Shown here: positions 29,677 to 44,100 of the stretch, one piece after another
How the letters are laid out: the number at the start of each line of letters is the position of its first letter
How positions within the stretch are numbered: position 1 is the first letter of the stretch
Origin: Eledone cirrhosa
Taxonomy: Eukaryota
Length of the DNA: 64,000 nt
Direction of reading: 5' to 3'
Assembly (NCBI GenBank): GCA_964016885.1
Contig: OZ024740.1
Span: 361,584,001 to 361,648,000 of the forward strand
The notes under the pieces: generated by a model
What the model was told of the DNA's origin: nothing
The model's input: the letters and a program-made list of their open reading frames with translations, nothing else
Database searches by the model: none
Made by a program: the position numbers and the translations under genes

Positions 29677-31277
29677 CGCATACATATATACATTTATGTA
29701 TCATATATATACCCATGAACATACACACACACACATATACACATTTATGTAAGGACACACACACATATATATGAAGATATATATGTGTGTGACTATGTGT
29801 CTGTATGTGTGTCTATATAGTGTAAATATTACCACCACAGAGATCTACGGTGTTTAGTTTTATCATATCTACGTGTAATGAGTTATTTTGAAGATGAGCA
29901 ACATGTGTGCATATTTTCTTTGGCTGTGTATCAGTATCAGCCACCTTATAATGCATTCAAGTTCTTACGTAGATTCCTTCAGGCATTGCAATGACATCCT
30001 TTCTTTCATGGCTGTAGGACCGATACGCGACCCGACAAGCTGGTGTTAAGTACTTCATCGTAATTGTGGGGCTATTGATATTGTTTTAAATAGAAAGAAA
30101 AGCTTTGAAACGATATACAGAAATTGGAGGAAAGGAAACAGGTATGCTAGACATAAATATAATTTATATTTTCTTGATTTCTCATTATTATTTTTGATAT
30201 TTAATACATCTAATTAGACGGAGAAAGCTAAGACTACTGTTTAACGTTATCTATATCATTTGGATGTCTAGTTGGATGACATGTTGAAAGTTGCTATACT
30301 AGTAAATCATATAACCAAATAAGTCAATGCCGCATTGGTGTACATTTCACAAACATGAAAGCTTGCCTATGCAAGCCTTACACTCGGTAGTATCCTGGTT
30401 GAGCTTAAATCTATACAGTTGTGTTATGTTTGGATGTTTCTTGACAATATCAAAATGAGAAAAACAATAATAATAAGAAAAATATTTCCTTTTTCTGAAA
30501 CAGAATAAATAATCCGGGTTTATTTTAAGGAAATTTTAGAACTGTGCAAAACTTTGAGGCCTGTGTCATGACCCAGTGTTGGATATTTTCTAAATATGAG
30601 AAGCTTTTGTAATGGCTAGTAAGCCCATGTAGTATTTGATACAAAATTAGATTTGGATTCACACAAGCAGGAATCGACTACACGTTAAAATAATTACTGC
30701 TTCAGTGAACGGCACACCTACTCTGAAATTAACGTGTACGTGCTTGAGAATTCCATAGACACGTGTACTCTTTACATAATCTTTATAGAAATTCATAAGT
30801 TGTGTGACAAGACAGGCACTTTACATTACAGATACAGCTTAGTAGACAGGAGCAACGTGGAATAAAATAAGTGACTACCTTGCTCGATCAAGGATACAAA
30901 GCGCTGCCAGGAATCGAACTCACGACTTTACCATCGTAAGCCACTGAACCATGCGCCCTCACGAATGTGAAAGTTAGTATTGATGATTTGACGACTTTTT
31001 ACATTATCACCAACATTCAATTTAGTTACTAGTCGCAAACATTATCATCGATCTATTAAAAGTACATACTAAGTGATACCTTAACCTAGTTTTACATCTA
31101 ATCTGTAATTCGCTCTAATTAAAATCACGCTCCTCTTAACTGAAATCACTTTCAGGCAAGTTAGTTTATGGATAAAAAAAAAAAAAAATGGCGCCATCCA
31201 ATTTAGTCAAAAGTTCTATAGACTGATTACAGAGATGATGAATTGTAGCGTCTTGAGGTTTGATGAGATTATTTATC

Positions 31278-31475
31278 TGGATTGGTAGTATCAGTACAGC
31301 GTCAGACACCATGCTTCGCAGCATAGAGTTACGGCCCTTTACGATCTGAGATGAAATTCCGCTGAGGTTAGCTTTGCCTTTCATACTCACGGGGTTGATA
31401 AAATAAAGCACCAGTAATGCACTGGGGTCGATTTAATCGACCCCCCCCCCCTTGTGCCTAAAGTAGAAACAATTA
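31278..31475 (+). mobile_element. tRNA-derived SINE
   Basis: Head, core and tail of the main family. Confidence 0.85.
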
Positions 31476-31891
31476 TTTATCTGGAGAGAGTTTTAAAATT
31501 TATTTAGATATATATATATGATGATACACAACATATAAGTTCGAATCCTGGGTCGGGTGGCGTGTTGTGTTATTCAGCAAAATAAAATATTTCACGTTGC
31601 TCCTTCTAAGAGTTGCGACCGGCAGATAGTATCAGCAATAGAAACATTGCTTCTTTGGTCTGAGCTTATGGCCGGTTCCTCTTCATTTGTCTATCTACTT
31701 TGAACAACCTTCATCATGTATATATAGAGAATATGAAAAATAAAAATAATAAAAGATTGCAAAAAAGAAAAAAGAAGAATGAGGAGGATGAAAGAGAGGA
31801 GGAAAGAAAAAGAACAACAAATATAACTGAAAATGATTGTTACGATGTTATAATCCTTAGTTATATGATATACGACAACATATCATAGTCG

Positions 31892-32010
31892 TGTGATATA
31901 CCATAATAAACCATAGCTGTGATATACCGCAATAAACCATAGTTATGTGACATACCACTATAAACTATAGCTATGTGATATCCAACTATAAACTATAGAT
32001 TTGTGGTATT
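31892..32010. repeat. Degenerate tandem repeat, unit about 27 bp, 4-5 copies
   Basis: tgtgatataccaYaataaacYatagct repeated. Confidence 0.75.
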
Positions 32011-32069
32011 TTGTCATAAATTCTGTGATGGGTGTCAGTAAATTTCGATCATATAATTATTCTCTCAGA

Positions 32070-32350
32070 GAGTCGCTCCAGGTAGAGTCACTACTTTTCT
32101 GAATTGAGAGATCACAGCTCCGATATTGCGGGCATATGTTTAGAATGTCTCATGTAAGAATCTGGACAGATTTTACGGGCTATGCTAACCGGCAGGAGAC
32201 CTAGGGATAGACTCCGTGCAAGATGGTTGGATAACATCCATGAGTTCGACTGGTCTCGCTTGGGGATCCAGCCGGATAAATTGGAGACGGTTCCTTCTGA
32301 CAGGATCCGCAGGAAGGAGTGTTTGAGGACTCTGCTCCTCGACCCTCTGA
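32070..32350 (+). mobile_element. RTE LINE 3' fragment
   Basis: IERSQLRYCGHMFRM...GRRPRDRLRARWLDNI...DRIRRK. Confidence 0.8.
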
Positions 32351-33089
32351 ATATACATGAACATTATTTTATGGGTACACTGTCTGTGGAATGTTTAAGC
32401 TTGCCATACACAGTATCATGCTGAATATCACTGAGAATGACGTAAATGATAGACATATCTATGGAATGCTCAGCAAATTACACTATAATACAAGACAATC
32501 TGTATGTGTATTTCAAAGGACTGACTTTGTCATACACAGTGTTTCACTGAATCTCCCTGAGAATTATTTAAAGAGTAAACGTGTCTGTGGAATACCCAGC
32601 TAGTTACCCGTTAATCTCATGAGTAGGCTGTTCTGTTAATTGAATAACTGGAACACTGATTGTCGAAACCGATGGAGGTCCATTCTAATCCATGTCTTTG
32701 TTGCCAAATGTTTCACTAGGACCGCCCTCAACAACATTGTTTTCTATAGAAATACCAAAATTAATCCTCCTTTTCAAAGTTCATGTGTTTTGCTGCAATG
32801 GGTTTCTATTTTTATCTTCTGAGTGTCTGAAATGTTTGTTTAGTTTGGCGCTTTGCATCGCCATGTTATACATGTATGTAAACAAGATAAGGAAAACAAA
32901 TCTCTAATAAGCGACCTTAAGTTTTTGTCTGGATCCTGTTATAGGCAAATTTACAAAAGTTTAAATAGTCCTTAAAATCCACCCCCAGCTCCAGATTATT
33001 TTAAAATCAGTTTTAAATTGTTAGAATTAATCCTGGAAGAGCAATATGAACATACGTAAAAATAGGCCAACATTGAGTAGTAGTAGTAG

Positions 33090-33157
<68 letters not shown>

Positions 33158-33199
33158 ATAATAATAATAATAATAATAACTAATAATAATGATAATATT

Positions 33200-33340
33200 A
33201 TCCTTATCAGGAGCTGAAGAGAGACATCAGGGAACTATGGAGAACCAAATACTTAGAAGTGGTACCGATTGTGGTTGGCGCACTGGAAACAGTTAGTAAA
33301 AAGTTGGAACATGGCTTGAGAAGCTAGGAATTACCGTCAC
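33200..33340 (+). mobile_element. R4/Dong-type LINE RLE C-terminal fragment after (TAC)n/(TAA)n
   Basis: YQELKRDIRELWRTKYLEVVPIVVGALETVSKKL. Dong-like elements are known to sit in TAA repeats. Confidence 0.75.
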
Positions 33341-33344
33341 GTAA

Positions 33345-34590
33345 CACTGCAATGCAAGGGATTTCTGGAAATTATCCATAGTTCCGGACTGAAAGTTTTT
33401 CGGAACAGATGGCTAGTTCATTCTCATCGACAACTAGACCCTCTCCGAGAACGTATCGCACATGCCCACCAATAGTCCTCTATGGAACGCTAACGTGGGA
33501 TTTCCACTGACCACAGTGACCAACTGATAGAGGGCTGTGAGAACCCGAAAACATTCTAGATGGCAGGCGCCCAGTCTCAATCTTCGCCTAACCCTGTCAG
33601 TCAAAGAGACGAGCCGTGGAAAGATATGGCAAAAGGCCACCACACATGTTCATCGTTTAGGAATACCTGCCATAAACTCATCAAGCAGACTCAGCAAATG
33701 TTTGCACATTCTCAGTAACAGCATGCCGCGAGTCCTCTGTGCAAAGAGTGTTGGCAGCAGATAGACGACTTGACCAGTGGAATGTGTTCCTTCCCCAAGA
33801 AGTGAAAGAACAGACGTTCCAATTTGTTGAGATGCGAACTGGGGCAAGGTACGACAGTCAGACGGTAATATATAACGGAGGTGGTGTACGCATTCGCCAG
33901 CTCTGCCCGGCCTTTCAGGAATAGCTTTTTCTCGGTCCATTTCTGGGTGAGAGTGAATACCTTGCTCGGTACCTCATCCCAGTTTTGATCGAATTGGAGG
34001 TCAGGATCAAACCAGACCTCAAGAAGCTTAACCGGTCCGTCTGTCCAGCGTCCGACGATGCTGTTGAACGGCATGAACTTGCCTCTCCAGGTACCGAGTT
34101 AAAAAACCACCTATTTATCCAGGTTAATTTTTGTTCCCTTCAACTTTTCGTATTTCTTTAAGAAGTTACCAACCACCTCGATGTCCAAGGTGTTCGACGC
34201 CATCATGGTGCCGTCGTTCACGTATGCTGACGCAACCTTTCCATGTTCCGGTTCGAGTGATGGGCTCTTCAACAGCTCCAGCTTCCGTAGTAGTAGCTTG
34301 GGAGTCAGCGCATACAGAAGGGAAGAGAGAGGGCAACCTTGATGAATCGTGCACATGATCTGAAATGATTCTGATATATGGCCATATATTCTGACCACCG
34401 AGCAGATGCCGTTGTATATTGAAGTGATCCAGTCTCTGAAGATGAAACCGGCTGCCTTAAAGACAGCCTTCAAGTAGAAATGGTTGACCCTATCTAAAGC
34501 TTTCGATTGACCCAAATTGATCAGAGACCCGTATCACATAAGATGGAGGTTGTTGTGTATAGACCTGGTTGGAATTGCGCAGTACTAGAT
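33345..34590 (-). mobile_element. Old Tx1-clade ORF2 fragment (RT to C-terminus)
   Basis: QSKALDRVNH, HQGCPLS, SAYVND, GPVKLLEVWFDPDLQ, homologous to copy B. Confidence 0.85.
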
Positions 34591-34690
34591 CTGCAAACTC
34601 CTCATCAATGTTCTGTCTGTATGTATGTATGTATGTATGTATGTATGTATGTATGTATGTATGTATGTATGTATGTATGTATGTATGTAT

Positions 34691-35648
34691 GGTGCTACTG
34701 GTAACATGTATCCCAGTACAACCTGTCTCATGGTCGGGTCGTTGGCGACTAAACTGGCAACCCCACCAAGGTTTCTTGGTGAGGAGGGTGACTTTGGACA
34801 TCCTGCAGGAATAAAAACAAAACCTGTCAAAGGGCAAAGGAGCTCTTAAGAGTCAATGGCCATCCAAAATCACCGGGAGAGATGACCCGTTAGCCTTTGT
34901 CAAGGCAGAATTCTAGGAGAAGGAAAACTCTGATATAACACCTGCAACTCTGATGGTATCCAATGATGTTGACTTGTTCTTCTTTTTGGTAAATATCATC
35001 TTGGTTAAGAGCGTGGGACTGGCTTTGCGCAGTGCCTTTGTTCACTATAAAAGCTTCACGGCACAGGCATTGCTTTATATCTGGAGATCTCTCTGCACTT
35101 GTCGTCACATGGTACCATGGGCCCAGCACTATGTGTCAATAATTGTCTCAAGTGCAGTGTTTGTACCAGAGTTTTCAAGTCGCTGGCTGGACTGAAAAGT
35201 CACACTCGTTCAGCGCATCAGTAGGGGTTCTCCTACATGGATATGAAGTAGTGACCGTACTCGAAAACGAGTTGGCAGCCACCATGTATGTATGTATGTG
35301 CGGACACATAGAATAGTCGGGCTGGATACCCGATCGCGCGGTTAAACCACTGGGAATGAAGGACCCCTAGCCTTTGTCAGGGCATTCTTCTAGGAGAAGG
35401 CAACTCAGGAAACTGGGATGACTCCGACATAAAACCTGTGGCTCAGTAGTTACCGATGATATTGATCTGTTCTTCTTTTCGGGTTATAGTTACTGTCGCT
35501 CAGAGAGTGGGATTGGCTCAGTGCACAGTCTTTCTTCACTTTAAAAAAATCTTTGCGCACAGGCATTGCACGATGGAATGAATTAATAATTACTAATAAT
35601 GGCATATCGTGCAATGGCCATACTCGATAACGAGGGGGCAGCCATCAT
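34691..35648 (+). mobile_element. Two tandem non-autonomous RTE-derived elements (34691-35286 and 35300-35648) in (TATG)n
   Basis: The first matches 6808-7406 and the second matches the 3' part of 55514-56114. Each ends GCAGCCAYCATG(TATG)n. Confidence 0.8.
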
Positions 35649-37179
35649 GTATGTACGTGCGTATGTATGTATGTATGTATGTATGTATGTATGTATGTAT
35701 GTATGTATGTATGTATGTATGTATGTGTGTGTGTGTGTGTGTGTATATGTATGTATGTATGATTGTATGGATGAGTGGGTGAGTGCGTGTGCGTGTGTAT
35801 GTATGTATGTATGTATGTATGTATGTATGTATGTATGTATGTATGTATGTATGTATGTATGCATGTGTTTCTTATAAAGATTATAGAATTATCACTCCAG
35901 TATGTATTATCTGCTGCCAATCTAGATAGGAATAACCTTGAAACAACCCAGAAATATGTAACACAATTAAGAAAAAGAGCATTGATAGAAAGTCACTGCG
36001 AGCTACTCAGCCATTTCTGTAAACATTTCAGATTGATGACTATACCAGCTCTAGCTCAGAATAATCTGGAACAGTCATGACAGTGTATGCAATTAGGTAC
36101 TAATTAAGATGCAAGTTTTAAGTACCGAAAACTCTCTCTTGCACACACACACACACGCATGGCTACACACACGCATACGCATGAATACACACACACACAC
36201 ACATACACACGCACGCGCAAGAATACACACACACTCAACCAGTTCCTGTTGGTTTATGTCTAACAACTGCTATCAGTTACATAGACGGTTAAAGCTGTCA
36301 GCTAAGTCAATTGTAAAGATCGTGCTTTTGCCATTAGTTTTAAATATTTTCTGGAAGAAACCAACAGATGTTAGTGTGAAGACACCCGGTAGATATCTTT
36401 CTGTTTATAGAACTGATGCGAAATTGTGCAGTCCTTGTTTACAGATACGATAGGAGATGTGCAGTAGATGTAATACCTTCCAGGTTATTGCTTCTTGGAG
36501 AAATTTTCAGCTTGACTTTTGTTTATTCTAATAACACAATCTATTTTATTTTACTGCTCGTGTTGATAAAAGAAACGGAACGTATCTGTGCAAGGATGTG
36601 CAGTACTGCAGTTAAGCACGAGTGTTTAAATCATAGCATTAGACTTCCATTAACGATAGTTTAACAATTCTAATTAGTTAATAAACTAAACTGTATTTAC
36701 ATGATATATTCCATAAATAAAAATCATTATATTTGGAAAATAGTAAATATTATTTAAAAAATTATAAATATTATATTTTGACGATGACATTTGAATTCAG
36801 GAATGAATTGTGAAGTATCTTTTTTCATTTAATTAATTAATTTCTCACGTTATTTTTAGTTACTACGAGTCACTTGCAGCATATGTTACATATAAATTAA
36901 CCATACAGACACACACACACATACAGACACACACGTATATATATATATATGGGTGAGTGAGGAGTGTATGCAAATAGAAGTGTGTGTGTGTATGTATGTA
37001 TGTATACTGAACGAATGCTATCCCCAGCAATTCCCAAACACCAACGAAAAAATAGCGATATATTGCACATTTGGTAAAATAAAAACATAATATAAACAGT
37101 TTGAAATGACTAAACGAAAGTTTGTAAATAAAAATGAAAGTATTAGAAAAAAGTGTATTTGTGTGGTATATTAAGTAAT

Positions 37180-38403
37180 GATTTCTACTATAGGCACAAG
37201 GCCAGTAATTTGGGGGGAGGGGAAAGTCGATTAAATCGACCCAGTACGTTACTGGTACTTTATTTTATCGACCCCGTAAGGATGAAAGGCAAAGTTAACC
37301 TCGGCGGGATTTGAACTCAGACCGTAAAGGACCGTAACTCAATGCTTCAAAGCATGGTGTTCGACTCTCTACCGATACTGCCAATCCACCGCCGATATTA
37401 AGTAACGAAAGAAAGGAGCAGGGTGAATAGAGAAGGAAACTCTACGCCGTTGGCTGGGCAGTATATTTCAGCTGTGCCCCGGAGATGACGAAAGATGGTG
37501 AAAGCATTATCATGGAGAACAATCGTATAAAATAGAACCGTGGTGTGATTAGAATGGGCAGCGGCGCAGAACGAAAGATAAAACTGAACAAAGCTGGACT
37601 GTAGTGAATGGTGACTCTCGAAGGAAGTGAAACTATGAGTAAATTGAAGTGATTTACATAGCTACGACGGGAGATTAACCACTGCTAATATATCATTGAC
37701 TGACCAGTGAAAATATTCATTCAAGCAGAACTAAGTAATCACAGCTAAAAAATGAAATTTATTAAGAATTGGAGCACTTCATTCGACGTGGAGACATTTT
37801 AATATTTAATTAGAACATCCATTAGTTTTGAGGATAATCTTTGTTGTAATGAATCGGATGTGAAGTAAAAACAAAAGAATTTGAAAATATATTTACCACA
37901 ACGATTTCTTATTTAGGCACAAGGCCAACAATTTTTGGGGAGGGGAAAGTCTATGACTGGTACTTTATTTTATCGATGAAAAGCAAAGCTAACCTCGGGG
38001 GGATTTGAACTCAGAACGTAAACGGTCAAAATTCTATGCCACAAAGCATGTTTTCCGACGCTCTACCGATTCTGCCAATCCACTATCACAACTCAGATAA
38101 CTGTAATAGTACCTGATCACTATGAATAATAGTAGAACATATCGGGTAAAGTACCTCTGCTGACAGGCCACTTTTCCCCGTTTTTTTTAAAACTATTATT
38201 TCTAATGATTAATGACTATCGGTGGATTGGCAGTATCGGTAGAGGGTCGGACGCTATGCTTTCCAGCATAGTTACGTCCCTTTACGATCTGAGTTCAAAT
38301 CCCTCCGAGGTTAACTTTACCTTTCATCCTTACGGGGTCGATAAAATAAAGTACCAGTAATGCACTAGGTAATTGCTGGCCTTGTGCCTAAAGTAGAAAC
38401 AAT
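37180..38403. mobile_element. Three SINE copies (37180-37394 minus, 37902-38084 minus, 38220-38403 plus)
   Basis: A/B boxes, core and tail of the main family. Confidence 0.88.
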
Positions 38404-39295
38404 TAATGACTATTATAATCATCCGCATTGTGGCGAATATATTTTCAAATTTCAATTTACTAACGTTTTGTGAGTCAGCCGGATGTTTATAAAAGAAGAG
38501 TTGTTATTGTTGTTTAATTTTTTCTTATGTTCAAAAGGGATTTCGAGAACTACATTTTTAAAATATTGAAGCAGGAGTGTGAAGGGAACGTTTTTATGAT
38601 GGAAAACCACATAGAAATTAACTGACATCCGATGAGGCCATACTCGTATTTTGAAAAAAATATTATTTCTCAAAACCTCAGTTATTTTATGAAATATAAT
38701 TATAACTTAAAATATAGAAATATGCGTGAGTTTTTCTACGTGTCATAGTTAGTTGAAAAGATAGACGTTAAATAAAATGAAGTCTGTAAAAATATGCTCC
38801 AATAAAGGTTTACCTTCGAATGTTTTGGTTCTTTTAGAAAGCCACACTTAGTTTTTCAGAAGGTCACATGCGGCCTTTACCGTTTCATGAACATATATCA
38901 AATGAAAGGCACTCTATTTCAATGAATTATAAATTATTTCATTACTAAAGTAGTTTTGTTTAATTGAACCAGAGGCGACATTGGTTCGGTTGGTATCAAA
39001 AGCGTCAAGACCACAAGTTCCCAACCCTTACAATAGAGTGTGATTTGAGTGAGATATCGCTTGGTATTTCTAGCAAGTCGAGCCTCCTAGCTTGAGACAG
39101 ACTTTTTAATTTTAATATTTATATGCATAAGAAGGAAATGATTCTATAGGACTATCACTTTTCATTGGGTTGAAATCATTATGTTCTCTTTCCGTTTCTC
39201 TACTGCAGACCATTATATATATATATATATATATATAAGAAAACTTGAACCGTTAAGGTATCTTTTCTTGGTTACGTCAAAATTTATTAAATATG

Positions 39296-39371
<76 letters not shown>

Positions 39372-39374
<3 letters not shown>

Positions 39375-40146
39375 TAGCAGTGGTACCCGGCGTTGCACGG
39401 ATAAGGTATTTTGATCGCGGGCCGCCAACAGACCTAATCGTGGAAAAACTGCATGCCTGGACAATATGTAAAGAAAATAAACCGAATACTCTGATGGCTG
39501 GATAATCTTTAAGATTTTCCTCGATGAAGCAGGAAAAATGCAGGTTTTCACCTAATGCGGGCCCTAGGGGATCAAGAAAAAGATTTTTTTTTTATGTGCA
39601 TAATATACCTTGACATTTCGGAAAAATAGCTAGACGTAACGCTTCAAAAAACCCTAAAAACCTGAAAAAAACAGTTTTTCACCTAATACGGGCCTCAGGG
39701 GATAAAAAAAAGTTGAATTTTTTATGTGCATAACACTCCCTGAAACATAAGTAATACACATGTAAAGTTTGAAAAAGCTCGGTTGAGTACTTCTCGAGTT
39801 TTAGGGATTCAAATTCACACACACACACACACACATAGACAGACATCCCCAGGGAAGTGACGTAATGCAGACAGTCAGACATACAGACAGATATTATAAG
39901 GGCGCGACGTTATATGTATGTATCTATCTAAAAAGAGAAGACTAAGAATTATAGAGAGAGATCGCTAAATCGCCTAATGCAGTCCCTAGGGCATTGAAAA
40001 TTTGAATTTCTTTTGCTCAGAACACTCCCTAAAACATAAGTATTACATGTATAAAGTTTGAAAACAGTCGGTTGGGTGGTTCTCGAGTTTTAAGGATTCA
40101 AACTCACACACACACAGGCAGACATCCTCAGTTTTATATATAGATA
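39372..40146. mobile_element. Non-autonomous Helitron-like (Lep1-type architecture) element with internal duplications
   Basis: Starts TACTAGCAGTGGTACCCGGCGTTGCACGG and ends acagacatc..ttttatatatagat. Subrepeats cctaatRcgggccctaggg near 39551, 39682 and 39973. Confidence 0.55.
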
Positions 40147-41289
40147 AATATGCATATAATGTTAAATCTTGTATACTTTACTTTGTATGATTTATGATCA
40201 AAGCTTTATATCTCTATAACACGAGTGTAAAAAACTTGTCAAAGCTATAAAAATGAAACAATGCTTGTTTGGTATGCGTTTGGCATGTTATTAATAAGCT
40301 GAATTGTAGATCTTTGCAAAAATCTGTTTGATAAATGTCAGAGATGACATTAGAAATGAAAATGCCGATTCCCAGTTTTTATTGCATCTTGCAACGAGTA
40401 AAATTGCGAAGCTAAAGCTTCTTTAACATTGGCATCATAGCAATGAAAATCTGTCTAAAAAAGAACACTGTCAATAACAACAACAACAACAGCAACAAGA
40501 ACAACAAAAACAACTACTACTACAACAACAACGGTATCAACTGAATTAACAAATCAAGAACGGTGACAAAGATAACAATAGCAATAAAAACAACTGCAAC
40601 AGCAACAACAGCTTCTACAACAAGAGCAGTAGCAACAGAAACAGATACAATAATAACTGCTTCAACAACAATAGCAATAACAACAGCTATAACAATAACA
40701 GCAACATCAACCATACAACAATAAAAACAGAAAGTGGTCATGACATTTATTTCTTTTGATTAGACATATTTTATTGACCACAATAGGGTGAAAGTGGAGA
40801 TTTTAATGTAGAAATACATGGTAGAAGAGATGATATCTCCAATTGCCAAATAAACGTCTTCATATGAAAACGAAGATTGTGAATTCGATTCTTGGCTATA
40901 CGTTGTGTTCTCGAGTATGACACCCAATTGGCAAAAATGAACTATGGCTGTAATTCAAACAGCAAGCCATGTCACACCTTGTGTCACGCTGAATGTCGCA
41001 GAGAATTATATTAAAGATGCACATGTCTGCAGAATACTCAGGCATTTGAATGTTAATTTCACGAGCAGGCTGTTCAGTTGTTTGAACAATCGGAACACTT
41101 ATTGGAACCGACGAAGATCAACAATACATGAAAACAGTAAACAATAAAAGAATATCTATTTATAATTTTTGATAGCTAACATAATGAAATTTATTTTTCG
41201 GGGTAAAGTATAAACTGAAATTGTATATAGTTAAATTCTGTATTATTTTTTACTGTGTAAACTTTGTTGGTCCGGTAGGAGTGTATATA

Positions 41290-41630
41290 TTGTCCTATGG
41301 GATTTTGTCGGGTGGGGATTTTATCCTGCTGTGTTCGTCTTGTGTGTTTTTGGTCCAGGGCCTTTTTTCCAGAAGGGTTTGGTTTGGTGAGGCTTCTTCC
41401 ATAGGTGAGGCTTCTTGAGAGGCCTTGACCTGGGCTTTCTGTCCGGTGGGTTGTTATGTTGGAATTTCTATCCAATAGTGCTTTTGTCCAGTCTGGTTTT
41501 TGTTCTGGGGTTTTTGTCTTGGGGATTTTGGCCGGTGGGTATTGTCAGGTGGGATTTTGTCTAGTGTGGTTTTGTCCGGTTGGGGTTTTGTCTGATGGAA
41601 TGTTGTCGTCTGAGACTTTTGTCATGGACC
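41290..41630. repeat. Degenerate array, unit about 15 bp (GGGATTTTGTC-type); probable non-autonomous DNA element
   Basis: Recurrent ggRttttgtcY motif at about 15-nt spacing. Confidence 0.55.
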
Positions 41631-42319
41631 CTTATATGTCACAGCTATATTTAATGAGTATATGTCACGCTGACACGAACACGAGGTTTACTCAGACAAT
41701 AAATATATCATAATTAGTCTTTTTTATGAAATTGCTTTTCGTTTTTTTTTCTCTCTTGTAGGAATTTCACCGAGAAAAATATGAAGAGGAAAATGTTCAT
41801 TGTTGTAAGCCAAGTATAATAAATCAAGCGCATGTGTCTAAAAACAGAGATTAAACTGAATTTGATATCAAAATAATTCTGACCAAGATAAAATGTTTTT
41901 TTCAAATATAATTACGACAATGCCACTCTTTTATATATATTATAAGATGGCGGATTCTTTCCATGGGCGTACTTCGTCTTATTTCGAATTATGAAACTTT
42001 CCAGGCGTTTCAGATATAAAATTCTTTACTTGAGACAAAACACTACTTGAAAATAGTTAGTTGGTTGGTAGATATTTTGACACTTTTGATATCAAAACGC
42101 TCGAAACCGCCTCTGGTTCTATGATACAAAGCTGTTTCTGTCAAAATGCTTCTATTAAATCTTATGTCAGAACTTTATGTTAAAAAACCAACTTAATAAT
42201 GAGAAAGTTATATTACGAAATCCTATTTTGATTAATTACTTTCAAAACTATTTGAAAATCTTAGGCAGCGCCTTTCATTAGATATATTGTAAGAAAAGGG
42301 TTAAACCACCAGATATTTG

Positions 42320-42540
42320 TGTGGGGAGGGGCAGAGGGAATGGGAGGGCTTTCTTCATCTTCCCCTTGGGTTGATTCTGTCTTGATTGTTGTTGGCCATG
42401 GTTTAGCTGTTGCTGCTAGTTGGTGGTGTAGTTGCTTCTACTAGTGTTGCTGGCATTGCTGGTTGTACAGTTGTCTGTCCTGGCACCGGCATTGGCAGCA
42501 ACGGAGGTCCCCTGCCTTCATTTCGTCGATAATTTAGACA
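42320..42540 (-). pseudogene. Possible Tx1 ORF1 Pro/Thr-rich fragment
   Basis: Minus strand reads CLNYRRNEGRGPPLLPMPVPGQTTVQPAMPAT, similar in composition to the post-knuckle ORF1 regions of A1 and B. Confidence 0.3.
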
Positions 42541-42583
42541 GAAAAAATTATTAAAAAAGAGTTAAATATTTGGACCGATGTCT

Positions 42584-43378
42584 CAAATATTATGGGGTCG
42601 CCTTTTCATAGGGTAGTGAATGACACCTTATATACAGTTCGTAACACATATTATGGGGTCGCCTTTTCATAGGGTAGTGAATGACACCTTATATACAGTT
42701 CGTAACAAATATTATGGGGTCGCCTTTTCATAGGGTAGTGAATGACACCTTATATACAGTTCGTAACAAATATTATGGGGTCGCCTTTTCATAGGGTAGT
42801 GAATGACACCTTATATACAGTCCGTAACACATATTATGGGGTCGCCTTTTCATAGGGTAGTGAATGACACCTTATATACAGTCCGTAACACATATTATGG
42901 GGTCGCCTTTTCATAGGGTAGTGAATGACACCTTATATACAGTTCGTAACAAATATTATGGGGTCGCCTTTTCATAGGGTAGTGAATGACACCTTATATA
43001 CAGTCCGTAACACATATTATGGGGTCGCCTTTTCATAGGGTAGTGAATGACACCTTATATACAGTTCGTAACACATATTATGGGGTCGCCTTTTCATAGG
43101 GTAGTGAATGACACCTTATATACAGTCCGTAACACATATTATGGGGTCGCCTTTTCATAGGGTAGTGAATGACACCTTATATACAGTCCGTAACACATAT
43201 TATGGGGTCGCCTTTTCATAGGGTAGTGAATGACACCTTATATACAGTCCGTAACACATATTATGGGGTCGCCTTTTCATAGGGTAGTGAATGACACCTT
43301 ATATACAGTCCGTAACACATATTATGGGGTCGCCTTTTCATAGGGTAGTGAATGACACCTTATATACAGTCCGTAACA
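42584..43378. repeat. 61-bp minisatellite, 13 copies
   Basis: Unit atattatggggtcgccttttcatagggtagtgaatgacaccttatatacagtYcgtaacaM, with only two variable positions. Confidence 0.97.
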
Positions 43379-43545
43379 GAAATATTCAGCAAATTCCACT
43401 TTAAAACAACTTGAAATAACCAACCTTCTGGAGCCGATATAATAATAATTGTTTCTACTTTTGGCACAAGGCCAGCAATTATCCAAGGTGCATTACTGGT
43501 GCTTTATTTTATCGACCCCGTAAGGATGAAAGACAAAGTTAATGA

Positions 43546-44100
43546 AAGTAGGTTTATAATTATTAATTTTCTTTTCACTTATGTATCAGTCTCGGCGGTC
43601 TATTTGAAGGAATCGTAGACGGTGGTGATCCTCGCCTGAAGTTCGATCCTGGGCAGGAGTAGTGTTCCGGGAAGACCTTTTCAGTTTTTTTCTATGGGAT
43701 GTAAAATAAAAACTGAACCGGATTACCTGTACATCTTAAACAGGATTGAACCCAAGGCCAGGACCTCCACCACCTCTAGTACCTACCGCTGGGCCACAGG
43801 GACAACTGCGAAAGTTGCATGAAAATTCATACATATAAACCTACTTTGAAAGTTTTCAAAACAAAATGATGTGGTGTCGTTCATGTCTTTCCTAATGTTA
43901 TTGCTCCTAGTTAAGGTCGACTTCTAAATCATTTGGGTGTTCCATAAATTACATCCTCATTTTCTTTCTCATTTATCTAGACTATATTTTAACCTATAAT
44001 ACATGTTTCATTTCTGTTGCACCTCATTTCTTCCCCAACCCCCTCTCTTTCTCTCTCTCTCTCTTTGTGATATTTGAATTTACTGTGATCTGGGCTTACC
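43546..44100. mobile_element. Unclassified repeat of about 550 bp with convergent tRNA-like heads (second copy 51729-52290)
   Basis: Two similar copies. Imperfect inverted arms 43546-43847 with B-box motifs (GTTCGATCC on plus, GGTTCAATCC on minus). Confidence 0.65.

Noticed and set aside
40470-40741. Hydrophobic or Gln/Thr-rich ORF
   Set aside because: Degenerate (CAA/TAA/CAG)n low-complexity tract.
42584-43378. CRISPR-like array
   Set aside because: Contiguous near-identical 61-bp units with no unique spacers, no cas genes and a eukaryotic context.
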